Assembly: GCA_963758715.1 (NCBI GenBank)
Contig: CAVWWK010000006.1
Location: 72,597 to 136,596 of the forward strand
Length of the DNA: 64,000 bases
Origin: an uncultured Actinomycetes bacterium
GTDB taxonomy: Bacteria; Actinomycetota; UBA4738; HRBIN12
Reading direction: 5' to 3'
A program made the position numbers and the translations under genes. Positions 1-10,382 of the stretch are shown here, in pieces; positions within the stretch are counted from its first letter, which is position 1; every line of letters begins with the position of its first letter. The notes under the pieces were generated by a model. That model was not told the origin of the DNA. It made no database searches and was given only the letters and a program-made list of their open reading frames with translations.

Positions 1-499
1 TGCGGAACGCGTCGCGCCCGTGGCGCGTCAGCGAGCGGATCGTCGCGTCCGTGACGCCGAGCGCATCCCCCGCCTCCTTGGACGTGAACCCGAGCATCTC
101 GGTCAGCACGAGCGCCGCGCGTTGCCGCGGCGGGAGCGTGGCGAGGACGTGCCGGACGACCTGCCGGTCGTCGGCGTCGGAGAAGTCGTCGTTCGATGGC
201 GCGAGCCCGACGGTCCGGCGGACCGCGAGCATGGTCCGCCGGTACCGCTTGCGGAAAAGGTTCATCGCGGTTCGATAGAGGTACCCGCGAGGGTCGTCCA
301 TCCCACCGACGCGGTCCCATCGCTCCCACACACTGAGGAACGCGTCCTGCATCACCTCTTCGGCCTCGGCGCGGTTCCCGGTCACGAGCCATAGCCGCCG
401 GAACAGCGTCCGAGCCTCGGCCTGGTAGAAGGTCTCGAAGGTGCGAGACGCTTCGAGCTCGTCGAGGGCCGCGTCCGAGACGACGATCGGTTCGGTCAT
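1..499 (-). CDS. ECF-family RNA polymerase sigma factor; its 3' end is cut by the window edge
   Basis: My reverse translation from ATG 499-497 gives MTEPIVVSDAALDELEASRTFETFYQAEARTLFRRLWLVTGNRAEAEEVMQDAFLSVWERWDRV... and ...LTEMLGFTSKEAGDALGVTDATIRSL, matching sigma-70 regions 2 and 4. It is absent from the ORF track because there is no in-window stop. Confidence 0.8.
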   Translation of the reverse strand, partial: MTEPIVVSDAALDELEASRTFETFYQAEARTLFRRLWLVTGNRAEAEEVMQDAFLSVWERWDRVGGMDDPRGYLYRTAMNLFRKRYRRTMLAVRRTVGLAPSNDDFSDADDRQVVRHVLATLPPRQRAALVLTEMLGFTSKEAGDALGVTDATIRSLTRHGRDAFR

Positions 500-717
500 G
501 TCGGTGTATGAACCCTCGAAACGCCCCGAACGTGCAAGTGGGCGTGGGGGCGGGACGAACCCGTACCCGTATGCCCGTACGGCGGCGGGTGCGCGCCGAT
601 GATCGACGAGGTCCGCTGCTGGCGGGTTCGGGTCGACGTGGCCCGGCTCCAGGGCTCCGGCCCCTCCGAGATCTTGACGGTCACGACCCCCGCATCCGAC
701 TCGACGTACCTCGTCAT
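496..717 (-). CDS. Possible small ORF (73 aa) translationally coupled to the downstream ECF sigma gene
   Basis: Starts at an inner ATG of track ORF 496..924. The first ~47 codons show strong G/C third-position bias. Its TGA overlaps the sigma ATG (ATGA at 496-499). No recognisable domain and no clear SD. Confidence 0.3.
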   Translation of the reverse strand: MTRYVESDAGVVTVKISEGPEPWSRATSTRTRQQRTSSIIGAHPPPYGHTGTGSSRPHAHLHVRGVSRVHTPT

Positions 718-806
718 ACTCGACAGAGAAGCCCGGGGTCTCCCACGCGTTCTGTGCGGCAGTCCTGGAATCAGAAGAACCCGATCGGTCAGAGCGGGTT
801 CTTGGG

Positions 807-884
807 TGGTGGGCCTGGATGGACTTGAACCATCGACCTCTTCCTTATCAGGGAAGCGCTCTAACCGGGCTGAGCTACAGGCCC
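807..884 (-). tRNA. tRNA-Ile (anticodon GAU), CCA encoded
   Basis: The reverse complement is GGGCCTGTAGCTCAGCCCGGTTAGAGCGCTTCCCTGATAAGGAAGAGGTCGATGGTTCAAGTCCATCCAGGCCCACCA. It folds as a cloverleaf with a 7-bp acceptor stem, D arm GCTC/GAGC, anticodon loop CTGATAA and T arm GATGG-TTCAAGT-CCATC. Confidence 0.93.
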
Positions 885-986
885 CACGAGGCCTCGGCAG
901 AGGCCAGAAGCGCAGGGTAGACACCTGCGGAAACGGGTGTCAATCGCGCGGTGGCCGCCGATGCCCAAGCCTCGCCGAAACCGGCG

Positions 987-1712
987 TCAGGGCTGGGGCT
1001 TCTCGGCGAGCGTCACTTCGACGCCGCCGATGATGTCGCTGATCAGGTTGTAGAGGAACGCGATGAACATGTTGATCAGCGACCAGACTAGCGTGAACAC
1101 GATGCCTCCGATGAATAGCCACGTGAACAACTGCCGGCCGTCGATGACGATCGGCGCGCGTCCCGCGCCCGCGGTCGTGCTCTCACCTTCGCCGAACACC
1201 CAGCCCAGGATCTGCGCCAGCGAGTCCACCGCGCCCGACGCCGACATGATGATGTAGATGATCAGCAGCGCCAGGTACACGATCAGCATCACGCAGAAGT
1301 AGAAGATCAGCGAGAACTTCAGGACCGACATCGGCCCGACCTTGCGGACGACGACGCGGGTGCGGCGGGCGGCCCGGCGCGCCGTGCCCGAACTGATCGC
1401 GCGGGCCTCGATGCTGCGGTTCCTGGGGACGCTCCAGCTTCGGGAGGCGAGGCAGCCACCGCTGCGACCAGCCCTGGCCGTTCGGCTCGGCGGCGCGCGG
1501 GGCGGGCGCGGGTGACGGGGCCGGCGGCGTGTGACGGGGCCGGCGCAGGAGCCGGTGTCGGCGGAGTGGCTTCCGTCGGTGGCGGCGCTGCGCGCGTCAC
1601 ATCGCCGCCCGGGGTGTGGGGGGCGGTCTGGGGATCTGCGGGGGTGGATCGTTCGACCGTGTGCGCCATCTCCTACCGAGTGAGTTGTAAGGGTACGCCC
1701 TGCCCGAGGCAA
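987..1712 (-). CDS. DUF3566-type membrane protein (Rv0007-like, conserved downstream of gyrA); start uncertain
   Basis: The C-terminal half reads ...RRTRVVVRKVGPMSVLKFSLIFYFCVMLIVYLALLIIYII...LFTWLFIGGIVFTLVWSLINMFIAFLYNLISDIIGGVEVTL. The gyrA - DUF3566 - tRNA-Ile synteny matches mycobacteria. A Pro/Ala-rich N-terminus appears in a second frame (1319..1669). Confidence 0.8.
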   Translation of the reverse strand: MPRAGRTLTTHSVGDGAHGRTIHPRRSPDRPPHPGRRCDARSAATDGSHSADTGSCAGPVTRRRPRHPRPPRAPPSRTARAGRSGGCLASRSWSVPRNRSIEARAISSGTARRAARRTRVVVRKVGPMSVLKFSLIFYFCVMLIVYLALLIIYIIMSASGAVDSLAQILGWVFGEGESTTAGAGRAPIVIDGRQLFTWLFIGGIVFTLVWSLINMFIAFLYNLISDIIGGVEVTLAEKPQP

Positions 1713-1729
1713 GCACCCGCTCGGCCCGC

Positions 1730-1996
1730 TCAGGTTCGGAAGGGGCCGTCGCCCGCGACGAGCGAACGCGTGTGCGCCGTCGACAGTATGCCCATGACGA
1801 GCGGGGTGAGCACCCAGGATACGGGTTCGACGTCGTCGAGGAACAGCAAGCCCCCGATCCCGAGCACGGCGCCCGTCGCGAAGAGGACGAACGTGAAGGC
1901 CAACGGTCCCACCTTCGCCCGAAGGAACCAGACGTCGACCGCCATCACGGCGAGCGAACCGCCGATGAGCACGATACCCAGCAGTGGCGCCATCAA
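1730..1996 (-). CDS. Small hydrophobic membrane protein (88 aa, about 3 TM)
   Basis: Track ORF MMAPLLGIVLIGGSLAVMAVDVWFLRAKVGPLAFTFVLFATGAVLGIGGLLFLDD... with hydrophobic segments and GC3-rich codons. Confidence 0.5.
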   Translation of the reverse strand: MMAPLLGIVLIGGSLAVMAVDVWFLRAKVGPLAFTFVLFATGAVLGIGGLLFLDDVEPVSWVLTPLVMGILSTAHTRSLVAGDGPFRT

Positions 1997-2130
1997 GCCA
2001 GCATACGGGTGCGGTGGTGCCGGCTACCCGGTTCCAGGTAGCTATGGCTTATCCCCCGGCCATTCAAGACTGACCCCCCTTTCCGCCGATACCGACGTAG
2101 GTGAGACGGACCGGCTGAAAAGGGGCTGTG

Positions 2131-2916
2131 ATGAAGCTGAGGCGAGGGCGTCGGGTGGCGGCGCTGACGATTGCGGGAATGATGGCGCTCGCCGCGCTGG
2201 TCTCTGTGGCCAGCGCCGAGTCCTCCGTCGAGGCGGCGATCCGCTCGAAGCAGGACCTGAGGGGTCGCATCGAGGATCTCCACGAGCTGCGGCGGGTGCG
2301 CCGGATCGGCATCCACCAACAGATCAAGTTCCACCAGAACCGGCTGCAGAATTCCGCGGGGCGGGGCAGCGTGGGGAATGGCCGAGGCTACGGCGAGTGG
2401 CGCAAGCGTCAGGTGAAAGCCATCAAGAAGCTCCGCAAGCGCGAGCACAAACTGGTGGTCTCGCTCGACAAGCGTGTGAGCGCACTGCGCAACCGGCGAG
2501 CCGAGCTCGCGGATTGGATCGAGTCCCAGCCGCTGCAGCGCTGCCCCGTCGATGGCGAGGTCTCGTTCGGCGAGTCCTTCGGGATCGTCCATCACCACGA
2601 GGACTACACGCACATCCACCAGGGTGTGGACATGACGGCGGCGACCGGCACGCCGATCGTGGCGCCCTTCGACGGCACCGCGGTCGCCGATCCCTCGGGC
2701 GAGGGTGGCGAGGGCGTCCTGGTCTACGGGGTCAACGGCTACGTCTACAACGCCCATCTGTCGGCCTACGGCAAGCTCGGTGAGGTGCAGTCTGGCGACA
2801 TCATCGGCTACGTGGGGGAGACCGGGAACGCGTCCGGACCGCACAACCACTTCGAGTGGCACCCGGGCGACGGGGATGCGGTGGATCCCTACGACCTGCT
2901 GGTGGAGGTCTGCTAG
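2131..2916 (+). CDS. Secreted M23-family metallopeptidase with an N-terminal coiled-coil region
   Basis: Signal peptide MKLRRGRRVAALTIAGMMALAALVSVASA. M23 motifs HQGVDM, GYVGETGNASGPHNHFEWH. SD AAAGGGG lies 5 nt before ATG 2131 (the track starts at GTG 2128). Confidence 0.85.
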   Translation: MKLRRGRRVAALTIAGMMALAALVSVASAESSVEAAIRSKQDLRGRIEDLHELRRVRRIGIHQQIKFHQNRLQNSAGRGSVGNGRGYGEWRKRQVKAIKKLRKREHKLVVSLDKRVSALRNRRAELADWIESQPLQRCPVDGEVSFGESFGIVHHHEDYTHIHQGVDMTAATGTPIVAPFDGTAVADPSGEGGEGVLVYGVNGYVYNAHLSAYGKLGEVQSGDIIGYVGETGNASGPHNHFEWHPGDGDAVDPYDLLVEVC

Positions 2917-2940
2917 ACCCGACGAGCTGAGGAGGAACCA

Positions 2941-2967
2941 ACGAGGGGCGCCCATGGCGCCCCTCGT
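2941..2967. terminator. Perfect GC-rich palindrome between the convergent M23 peptidase and gyrA genes (candidate bidirectional terminator)
   Basis: ACGAGGGGCGCC-AT-GGCGCCCCTCGT forms a 12-bp perfect stem. The U-tract is weak, as is common in high-GC actinobacteria. Confidence 0.5.
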
Positions 2968-2979
2968 TCGGTGTCTGGG

Positions 2980-5436
2980 CTACCCCTCGATCTCCTCGTC
3001 CATCTGGGTGATCACCGGGGCAAGCGCGACCACGTTGGCGTCGTCCTCGACCCGCATCGTCCTGACGCCCTGGCTCGCGCGGCCCACCCGGCGGATCTGC
3101 GCGGCAGGAACCCGCACGACCTGCCCCGAGGACGAGATCACGAACATGTCGATGTCCTTGGTGCCCACGTAGGCCCCTGCGAGCAACCCGGTCTTGTCGG
3201 TGAGCTGATGGCCGATCACACCCTTGCCCCCGCGGCCCTTCGTCGGATAGTCGCTGAGCTTGGAGCGCTTGCCGTACCCCTGTTCGGTGACGCTGATCAT
3301 CTCCTCGCCGTCCGATGCGAGTCCGACCGCGAGGACCCGATCGTCCTCGGCCAGGCGCATGCCGATCACGCCGCCCGTCGCCCGCCCCATGGCTCGTGCG
3401 AGGGACTCCCTGAATCGGATCGCCTGCCCTCGGCGCGAGACCATGATGACCTCGTCCTCACCGTCGGTGAGCTTGACGTCGATCAGCTCGTCGTCGCCCC
3501 GCAGGTTGATCGCGATCAGGCCGGTGCGCGGCGAGTCGTACTCAGGGAGAGCGGTCTTCTTCACGATCCCGTTACGCGTGGCGAACAGGAGGAAGCTGCC
3601 CTCGGCGTACTCCTTCAGGTCGATCACGGCGCTGATCTTCTCGTCGCCGTCGAGCGCGACTCCCGGCAGGTTCGCCGCGTACATGCCGCGTGCGGTGCGG
3701 CCCGACTCGGGGATCTCGTGCGCCTTCACCCGGTAGACACGGCCCTTCGTCGTGAAGAACAGCATCCAGTGATGGGTCGTCGTCGTGAACACGTGCTTCA
3801 CGACGTCCTCCTCCTTGAGGTTCTGCCCTCGCACGCCCTTGCCACCGCGGCCCTGCTGCTTGAAGGCGTCGACGGGCAGCCGCTTCACGTAGCCCGCGCG
3901 ACTCACCGAGATGATCACGTCTTCCTCGGCGATCAGGTCTTCGACGTCGAGATCGCCATCGTCGGCCTTGACCGTGGTCCGCCGCCCATCGGCGTGCTTC
4001 TTGCGGATCTCGAGGAGCTCTTCCTTGATCACCGCACGGAGTTTGACCGGGTCGTTCAACAGGGACGACAGGTAGGCGATGCGCTCGAGCAGGTCGGCGT
4101 GCTCCTTGTCGAGCTCCTCGCGTGCGAGCTTGGTCAGGCGGCGCAGCGGCATGTCCAGGATGTGGTTGGCCTGGATCTCGCTGAGCTTGAACGTGCTCAT
4201 GAGCTTCTTCCGCGCGGCGTCGGCGTCCCGCGAGCCCCGGATGATCTTGATGACCTCGTCCAAGTGGTCGAGGGCGATCAACAGACCGAGGACGATGTGG
4301 TCGCGCTCCTCGGCCTTGCGCAGGTCGAATCTGGTTCGGCGCGTGACTACGTCGACCTGATGGTCGACGTAGTAGCCGACCATCTCGGCCAGGTTCAGCG
4401 TGCGCGGCACACCGTCGACCAGCGCCAGCATGATCACGCCGAAGCTGTCCTGGAGCTGGGTGTGCTTGTAGAGCTGGTTGAGCACCACGTTGGGGTTGGC
4501 GCCCCGCTTGGTCTCGATCACCAGGCGCATGCCCTCGCGGTTGGACTCGTCCTTTAGGTCGGCGACGTCCTTCAGCTTCTGGGTCTTGACCAGGTCGGCG
4601 ATCTTCTCGGCGAGCCTGGCCTTGTTCACCTGGTAGGGAAGCTCGGTGACGACGATCCGGCTCTTGCCGTTCGGGGCCTCTTCGATCTGGGTGACCGCGC
4701 GCACCTTCAAGGAGCCGCGGCCCGTCTCGTAGGCGTCGCGGATGCCCTGACGCCCCATGATCGTGGCTCCGGTGGGGAAGTCGGGCGCTTTGATGAACTT
4801 CATGAGCTCATCGGGCGTCGACTCGGGTTCGTCGAGGTAGTGGACCACCCCGTCGATGACCTCGCCGAGGTTGTGCGGCGGGATGTTCGTGGCCATTCCG
4901 ACGGCGATGCCGCCGGCGCCGTTGACCAACAGGTTCGGGAAGCGGCTCGGCAGCACCGTGGGTTGCTGCTCGTAGCCGTCGAAGTTCGGGACGAAGTCGA
5001 CGGTCTCGGAGTCGATGTCGCGCAGCAGCTCCATGGCCATCGGCGCCAGCCGCGCTTCCGTGTACCTGTATGCGGCTGGTGGATCGCCGTCCACCGAGCC
5101 GAAGTTGCCGTGGCCGTCGACCAGCGGGTAGCGCAGCGACCACTCCTGCGCCATGCGCACGAGCGCGTCATAGACCGACTGGTCGCCGTGCGGGTGATAT
5201 TTCTTCAGCACGTCGCCGATGACGGCGGCGCACTTGCGATGGGGCCTGTCGGGGCGATAGCCCGCCTCGAGCATCGCCCACAGGATGCGCTTGTGCACCG
5301 GCTTCAACCCGTCGCGCACGTCGGGAAGGGCGCGCCCGACGATGACGGACATGGAGTAGTCCAGGTACGAACGCTGGATCTCGTCCTCGAGCTGGACCGG
5401 CTCGATGTTGCCGGCGAACAGACCTTCCTGACTCAT
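2980..5436 (-). CDS. gyrA: DNA gyrase subunit A
   Basis: Intact 818-aa ORF: ...[34 protein letters not shown]...[17 protein letters not shown]... plus C-terminal beta-pinwheel repeats. Confidence 0.97.
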   Translation of the reverse strand: MSQEGLFAGNIEPVQLEDEIQRSYLDYSMSVIVGRALPDVRDGLKPVHKRILWAMLEAGYRPDRPHRKCAAVIGDVLKKYHPHGDQSVYDALVRMAQEWSLRYPLVDGHGNFGSVDGDPPAAYRYTEARLAPMAMELLRDIDSETVDFVPNFDGYEQQPTVLPSRFPNLLVNGAGGIAVGMATNIPPHNLGEVIDGVVHYLDEPESTPDELMKFIKAPDFPTGATIMGRQGIRDAYETGRGSLKVRAVTQIEEAPNGKSRIVVTELPYQVNKARLAEKIADLVKTQKLKDVADLKDESNREGMRLVIETKRGANPNVVLNQLYKHTQLQDSFGVIMLALVDGVPRTLNLAEMVGYYVDHQVDVVTRRTRFDLRKAEERDHIVLGLLIALDHLDEVIKIIRGSRDADAARKKLMSTFKLSEIQANHILDMPLRRLTKLAREELDKEHADLLERIAYLSSLLNDPVKLRAVIKEELLEIRKKHADGRRTTVKADDGDLDVEDLIAEEDVIISVSRAGYVKRLPVDAFKQQGRGGKGVRGQNLKEEDVVKHVFTTTTHHWMLFFTTKGRVYRVKAHEIPESGRTARGMYAANLPGVALDGDEKISAVIDLKEYAEGSFLLFATRNGIVKKTALPEYDSPRTGLIAINLRGDDELIDVKLTDGEDEVIMVSRRGQAIRFRESLARAMGRATGGVIGMRLAEDDRVLAVGLASDGEEMISVTEQGYGKRSKLSDYPTKGRGGKGVIGHQLTDKTGLLAGAYVGTKDIDMFVISSSGQVVRVPAAQIRRVGRASQGVRTMRVEDDANVVALAPVITQMDEEIEG

Positions 5437-5492
5437 CCGCTACGCCTTGGGCTACTTGAGCGACGTGCCACCGTGTGTGATCAGCTCCCTGT

Positions 5493-7443
<1,951 letters not shown>

Positions 7444-7568
7444 GCGACAGCCCTTCGAACACGGGACGTGCGGGGGGCGTGCGCGGGAAAGTTGCAGCCG
7501 AACAGCCCCGTCATTCTACCCGACGGGGGTGACCTCCGACCGGGTTTGGACCAGCGAAAAAGGGCCTT

Positions 7569-7911
7569 CTAGCTGCGGTTTCGCACGACGATCCGGATAC
7601 CGGTGATGCGGTCTCCGCCCAGCGCCTCGTCGGCCTTGCGGCGGATCTCCTCGGCCAGGAACGTGGCCTGCGCGCCCCACGGGCCGGTGGATACGCCGAC
7701 GGTCAGGACGCCTTCCTCCACGGCCACCGGAGCGGTCTCGGTGGCGAGGCGCTCGCCCACGATCGTGGGCCAGGCCGACGCCAGCTCGGCCACCGGCATC
7801 CCGCGGCTGAACACCTCGCGTGCGCATGAGGTCGTCGACGATGGCCCCGATGCTGACGGCGTCCTCGGAGCGGGACTCCTTCCGGCCGTCGAACCCCTTC
7901 GATCCCGGCAC
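7569..7911 (-). CDS. DUF721 / DciA-like protein (Rv0004 position), with one frame break near 7815
   Basis: GTG 7911 gives MPGSKGFDGRKESRSEDAVSIGAIVDDLMRT. The reading then shifts to EVFSRGMPVAELASAWPTIVGERLATETAPVAVEEGVLTVGVSTGPWGAQATFLAEEIRRKADEALG. It lies between recF and gyrB, as in other actinobacteria. Confidence 0.7.
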
Positions 7912-7912
7912 G

Positions 7913-9007
7913 TCAGGCCCCCCTCGGCGTCACCGCGCCGTCACGAACGTCCCAGATCGCGCGCGCGGTCGCCGGGACGTCGGCCTCGTCCGCGACCGAG
8001 ATGAAGACCTGCCCCTGCCGGGCGGCGAGACGCTCGCCGATCTGGTCGCGGCGCGTGGGATCGAGCGCGCTGAACGGGTCGTCGACCAGGAACACGGGCG
8101 GCTCCCCCAGCTCCTTGGTGACGGCGGCGGCCAGGCCCGCCCGCAGGCACAGCGCGGTGGCCCACGTCTCGCCGTGGGATCCGGCCGATCGCGCGCCCAT
8201 GTCCCGCACCGCCAGCGTCACGTCATCGCGATGAGGGCCGACGAGAGACGTGCGCCGCAGCAGCTCGTCGCGCCGGCGCTCCTCGAGCCGGGAACGGAAG
8301 GCATGCTCGAGGTCCGTGTCGTCCCACAGGTTCGGAGCGTAGGAGCATTCGAGCTCGTAGCCGGCGAGATGGGTGAACTCCTCGCTCGCGTGTGGGGCCA
8401 GTCGTTCGATCGCCTCGGCGCGAGCACCGATGACGGCCGAGCCCGCCTGGACCAACTCCTCGTCCCAGGCCTCGAGCCCGGCGGGCGTGCCGAGGCCGTC
8501 CCATTCCTTCAGCAGGCGGTTGCGCTGGCGAAGCGTGCGGTCGTAGGCGGTGAACAGCCCCTCCTTCAGCGGCCAGAGCGCGATGACGGCCTCGTCCATG
8601 AACGCTCGGCGCTTCGACGGGTCTCCGATCACGATCGGCAGATCGAACGGGCCGAACAGCACCGCACGCACGTGCCGACGGAGGTCGCGTTTGCGCCGGA
8701 CAGCCGACCGATCGACTTTGATGCGGCTGGCGCCCTGCGTGGGGATCTCGATCTCGACCAGCACACGCCCGTGCTCGGTCTCGAACTCCCCCCGCGTGTA
8801 GGCCGCGTCGGCGCCCTGACGAACCAGGGTCGCGTTCGCCGAGACTCGAGGCGATCCCAACGCGTAGAGGAAGTGGATCCCTTCCAACAGGTTGGTCTTG
8901 CCTTCGCCGTTCGGCCCGACGGCCACGATGAGCCCGTCGGGCATGGGCTCAAGCCTCGTCGAGCGATGGTTGCGGAAATCGCGCAGCTCGACCCACGAGA
9001 GCCGCAT
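7913..9007 (-). CDS. recF: DNA replication and repair protein RecF
   Basis: 364 aa: MRLSWVELRDFRNH...AVGPNGEGKTNLLEGI...(Walker A)...LVDDPFSALDPTRR. Located between dnaN and gyrB. Confidence 0.95.
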   Translation of the reverse strand: MRLSWVELRDFRNHRSTRLEPMPDGLIVAVGPNGEGKTNLLEGIHFLYALGSPRVSANATLVRQGADAAYTRGEFETEHGRVLVEIEIPTQGASRIKVDRSAVRRKRDLRRHVRAVLFGPFDLPIVIGDPSKRRAFMDEAVIALWPLKEGLFTAYDRTLRQRNRLLKEWDGLGTPAGLEAWDEELVQAGSAVIGARAEAIERLAPHASEEFTHLAGYELECSYAPNLWDDTDLEHAFRSRLEERRRDELLRRTSLVGPHRDDVTLAVRDMGARSAGSHGETWATALCLRAGLAAAVTKELGEPPVFLVDDPFSALDPTRRDQIGERLAARQGQVFISVADEADVPATARAIWDVRDGAVTPRGA

Positions 9008-9040
9008 CGCTACGGGGAAGCGGGCTCGGGAGCGGCCGTC

Positions 9041-10153
9041 CTAGGACACCGCCGCGGGCAGACGCACCGGCATCACCAGGTACGTGAACTCGTCGCCGTC
9101 CCCGCGCACGACGCCGGGCTTCAGCCCGTCGCGCACGTCCAACCGGATCGACTCGCCCGTCGCCGCAGCGAGGCCGTCCGCGAGGTACTGGGGGTTGAAC
9201 GCCACCGTCAGGTCGTCGCCCTCGTAACGCGCCTCCACGGTCTCGACCGCCTGGCCGAGGTCGGGGCTGGAGCTCGAGAGCTTCACGCCGAGGGCGTTGA
9301 ACTCGATGCGCACCGGCGTCGTGTCACGCGCCAGGAGTCCAACGCGCCGAACGGCGTCGAGCAACTGCTGCCGCGAGATCGTGAGCCTGCTCTCGTGTTG
9401 TTCGGGCAGGAGCTGGCGGTAGTTCGGGAACTCGCCTTCGATCAGGCGGGACGTGAGGGTGAGCTCGCCGATCCGGAACGCGACCTGCGACTCGTCGACG
9501 AAGACCTCGATCGTGGCCTTCTCGTCGGCGGCGGCCGCCCGGCCGGCCTCGCTGAGCGCGCGTTCGGGCACGATCGCCCTCCCCTCGCCGTCGGCGGTCG
9601 CCACGAGATCCCGCACCGCCAGCCGATAGGAGTCGGTCGCGACCATGACGACGCCTTCGCGGCTGACCTCGATCAGGACGCCGGTCAATACCGGGCGGGC
9701 CTCGTCGTGGGAAGCCCCCCGTGCCGCCTGGCTCACGGCCTCGGCGAAGGCGCCCGCTTCGGCGGTGATCTTCGTCCCGCTGGGCTCTTGCAACCCCGGG
9801 AAATCCTCGGCGGGCAGCAACCGAAGCGTGCCTTCGTACGCGGCGCAGCGGATGTGGGCCTGCGATTGATCGGTCTCGAAGTCGACGGGCGCCGCGGACA
9901 GCGACTTCACCGTGTCTCCGAGCAGCCGAGCCGGCACCAGTGCGATGCCGGGTTCGGACACCTGGACCTGGGTCGCGAGCCGCGCGGACACCTCGAGATC
10001 GGTGGTGATGAGCGTGAGGCGGCCGTCGTCGGTAGCTTCGATCAGCACACCGGTCAGCGCCGGGATTCCGGGCCGCGAGGAGACGCCCCGCTGGACGGTC
10101 TGCAGCGCCTCCGACAACGCGTCGCGATCACAACGGAACTTCACGGTGTCCAC
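9041..10153 (-). CDS. dnaN: DNA polymerase III beta sliding clamp
   Basis: 370 aa: MDTVKFRCDRDALSEALQTVQRGVSSRPGIPALTGVLIEA...FNPQYLADGL...YLVMPVRL. GTG start at 10153. Confidence 0.97.
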   Translation of the reverse strand: MDTVKFRCDRDALSEALQTVQRGVSSRPGIPALTGVLIEATDDGRLTLITTDLEVSARLATQVQVSEPGIALVPARLLGDTVKSLSAAPVDFETDQSQAHIRCAAYEGTLRLLPAEDFPGLQEPSGTKITAEAGAFAEAVSQAARGASHDEARPVLTGVLIEVSREGVVMVATDSYRLAVRDLVATADGEGRAIVPERALSEAGRAAAADEKATIEVFVDESQVAFRIGELTLTSRLIEGEFPNYRQLLPEQHESRLTISRQQLLDAVRRVGLLARDTTPVRIEFNALGVKLSSSSPDLGQAVETVEARYEGDDLTVAFNPQYLADGLAAATGESIRLDVRDGLKPGVVRGDGDEFTYLVMPVRLPAAVS

Positions 10154-10382
10154 CCCCTGATGCTTCTACTAGAAGAAGTATCCCAAGAACGGTTGTAGTA
10201 GGTCCTGTGGAAAGGTGCACGAGGGCACCGTTCCCGCAGCGTAGCGGCATTGTCCGACATGTGGACAACGGGTGGGGAAAACGTGTCGGTCCAGGGAGAA
10301 TCGTCCGGCGACGAGTCGTTGTCCACCGTCGATCCGGAGGTTATCCACAGCGCCGCGAGGGGTGTAGCCTGCGGCGTGGCGC
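10154..10382. other. oriC candidate: DnaA-box cluster in the dnaA-dnaN intergenic region
   Basis: Boxes seen: TGTGGAAA 10206-10213; TTGTCCGACA 10250-10259; TGTGGACAA 10260-10268 (reverse complement TTGTCCACA); TTGTCCACC 10319-10327; TTATCCACA 10341-10349. An AT-richer stretch sits at 10160-10200. Confidence 0.8.

Noticed and set aside
500-806. Second tRNA (tRNA-Ala) expected next to tRNA-Ile by mycobacterial synteny
   Set aside because: No T-arm (GGTTCGAATCC-like) or cloverleaf could be found on either strand.
1997-2127. Possible ydaO/c-di-AMP riboswitch upstream of the M23 peptidase
   Set aside because: Only the 3' segment CCGCCGATACCGACGTAGGTG loosely resembles the CCGCCAGCTAACCTCGTAAGCG end of the motif. 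I could not find the GGGGAnCCA / ACGGGGTnAAT core elements or a matching 5' pairing strand. It needs a cmsearch before any claim.
7820-10198. 792-aa plus-strand ORF (and similar: 2971..4557, 10488..12311, 22873..23838, 23429..25606, 26752..28050, 28047..31007, 39318..40511)
   Set aside because: These lie antisense to clearly homologous genes (recF/dnaN, gyrA, dnaA, cwlM, trxB, murJ, Rv3909-like/TauE, modA). They are Arg/Gly/Asp-rich with no motifs. They are typical stop-poor shadow ORFs of ~70% GC DNA.
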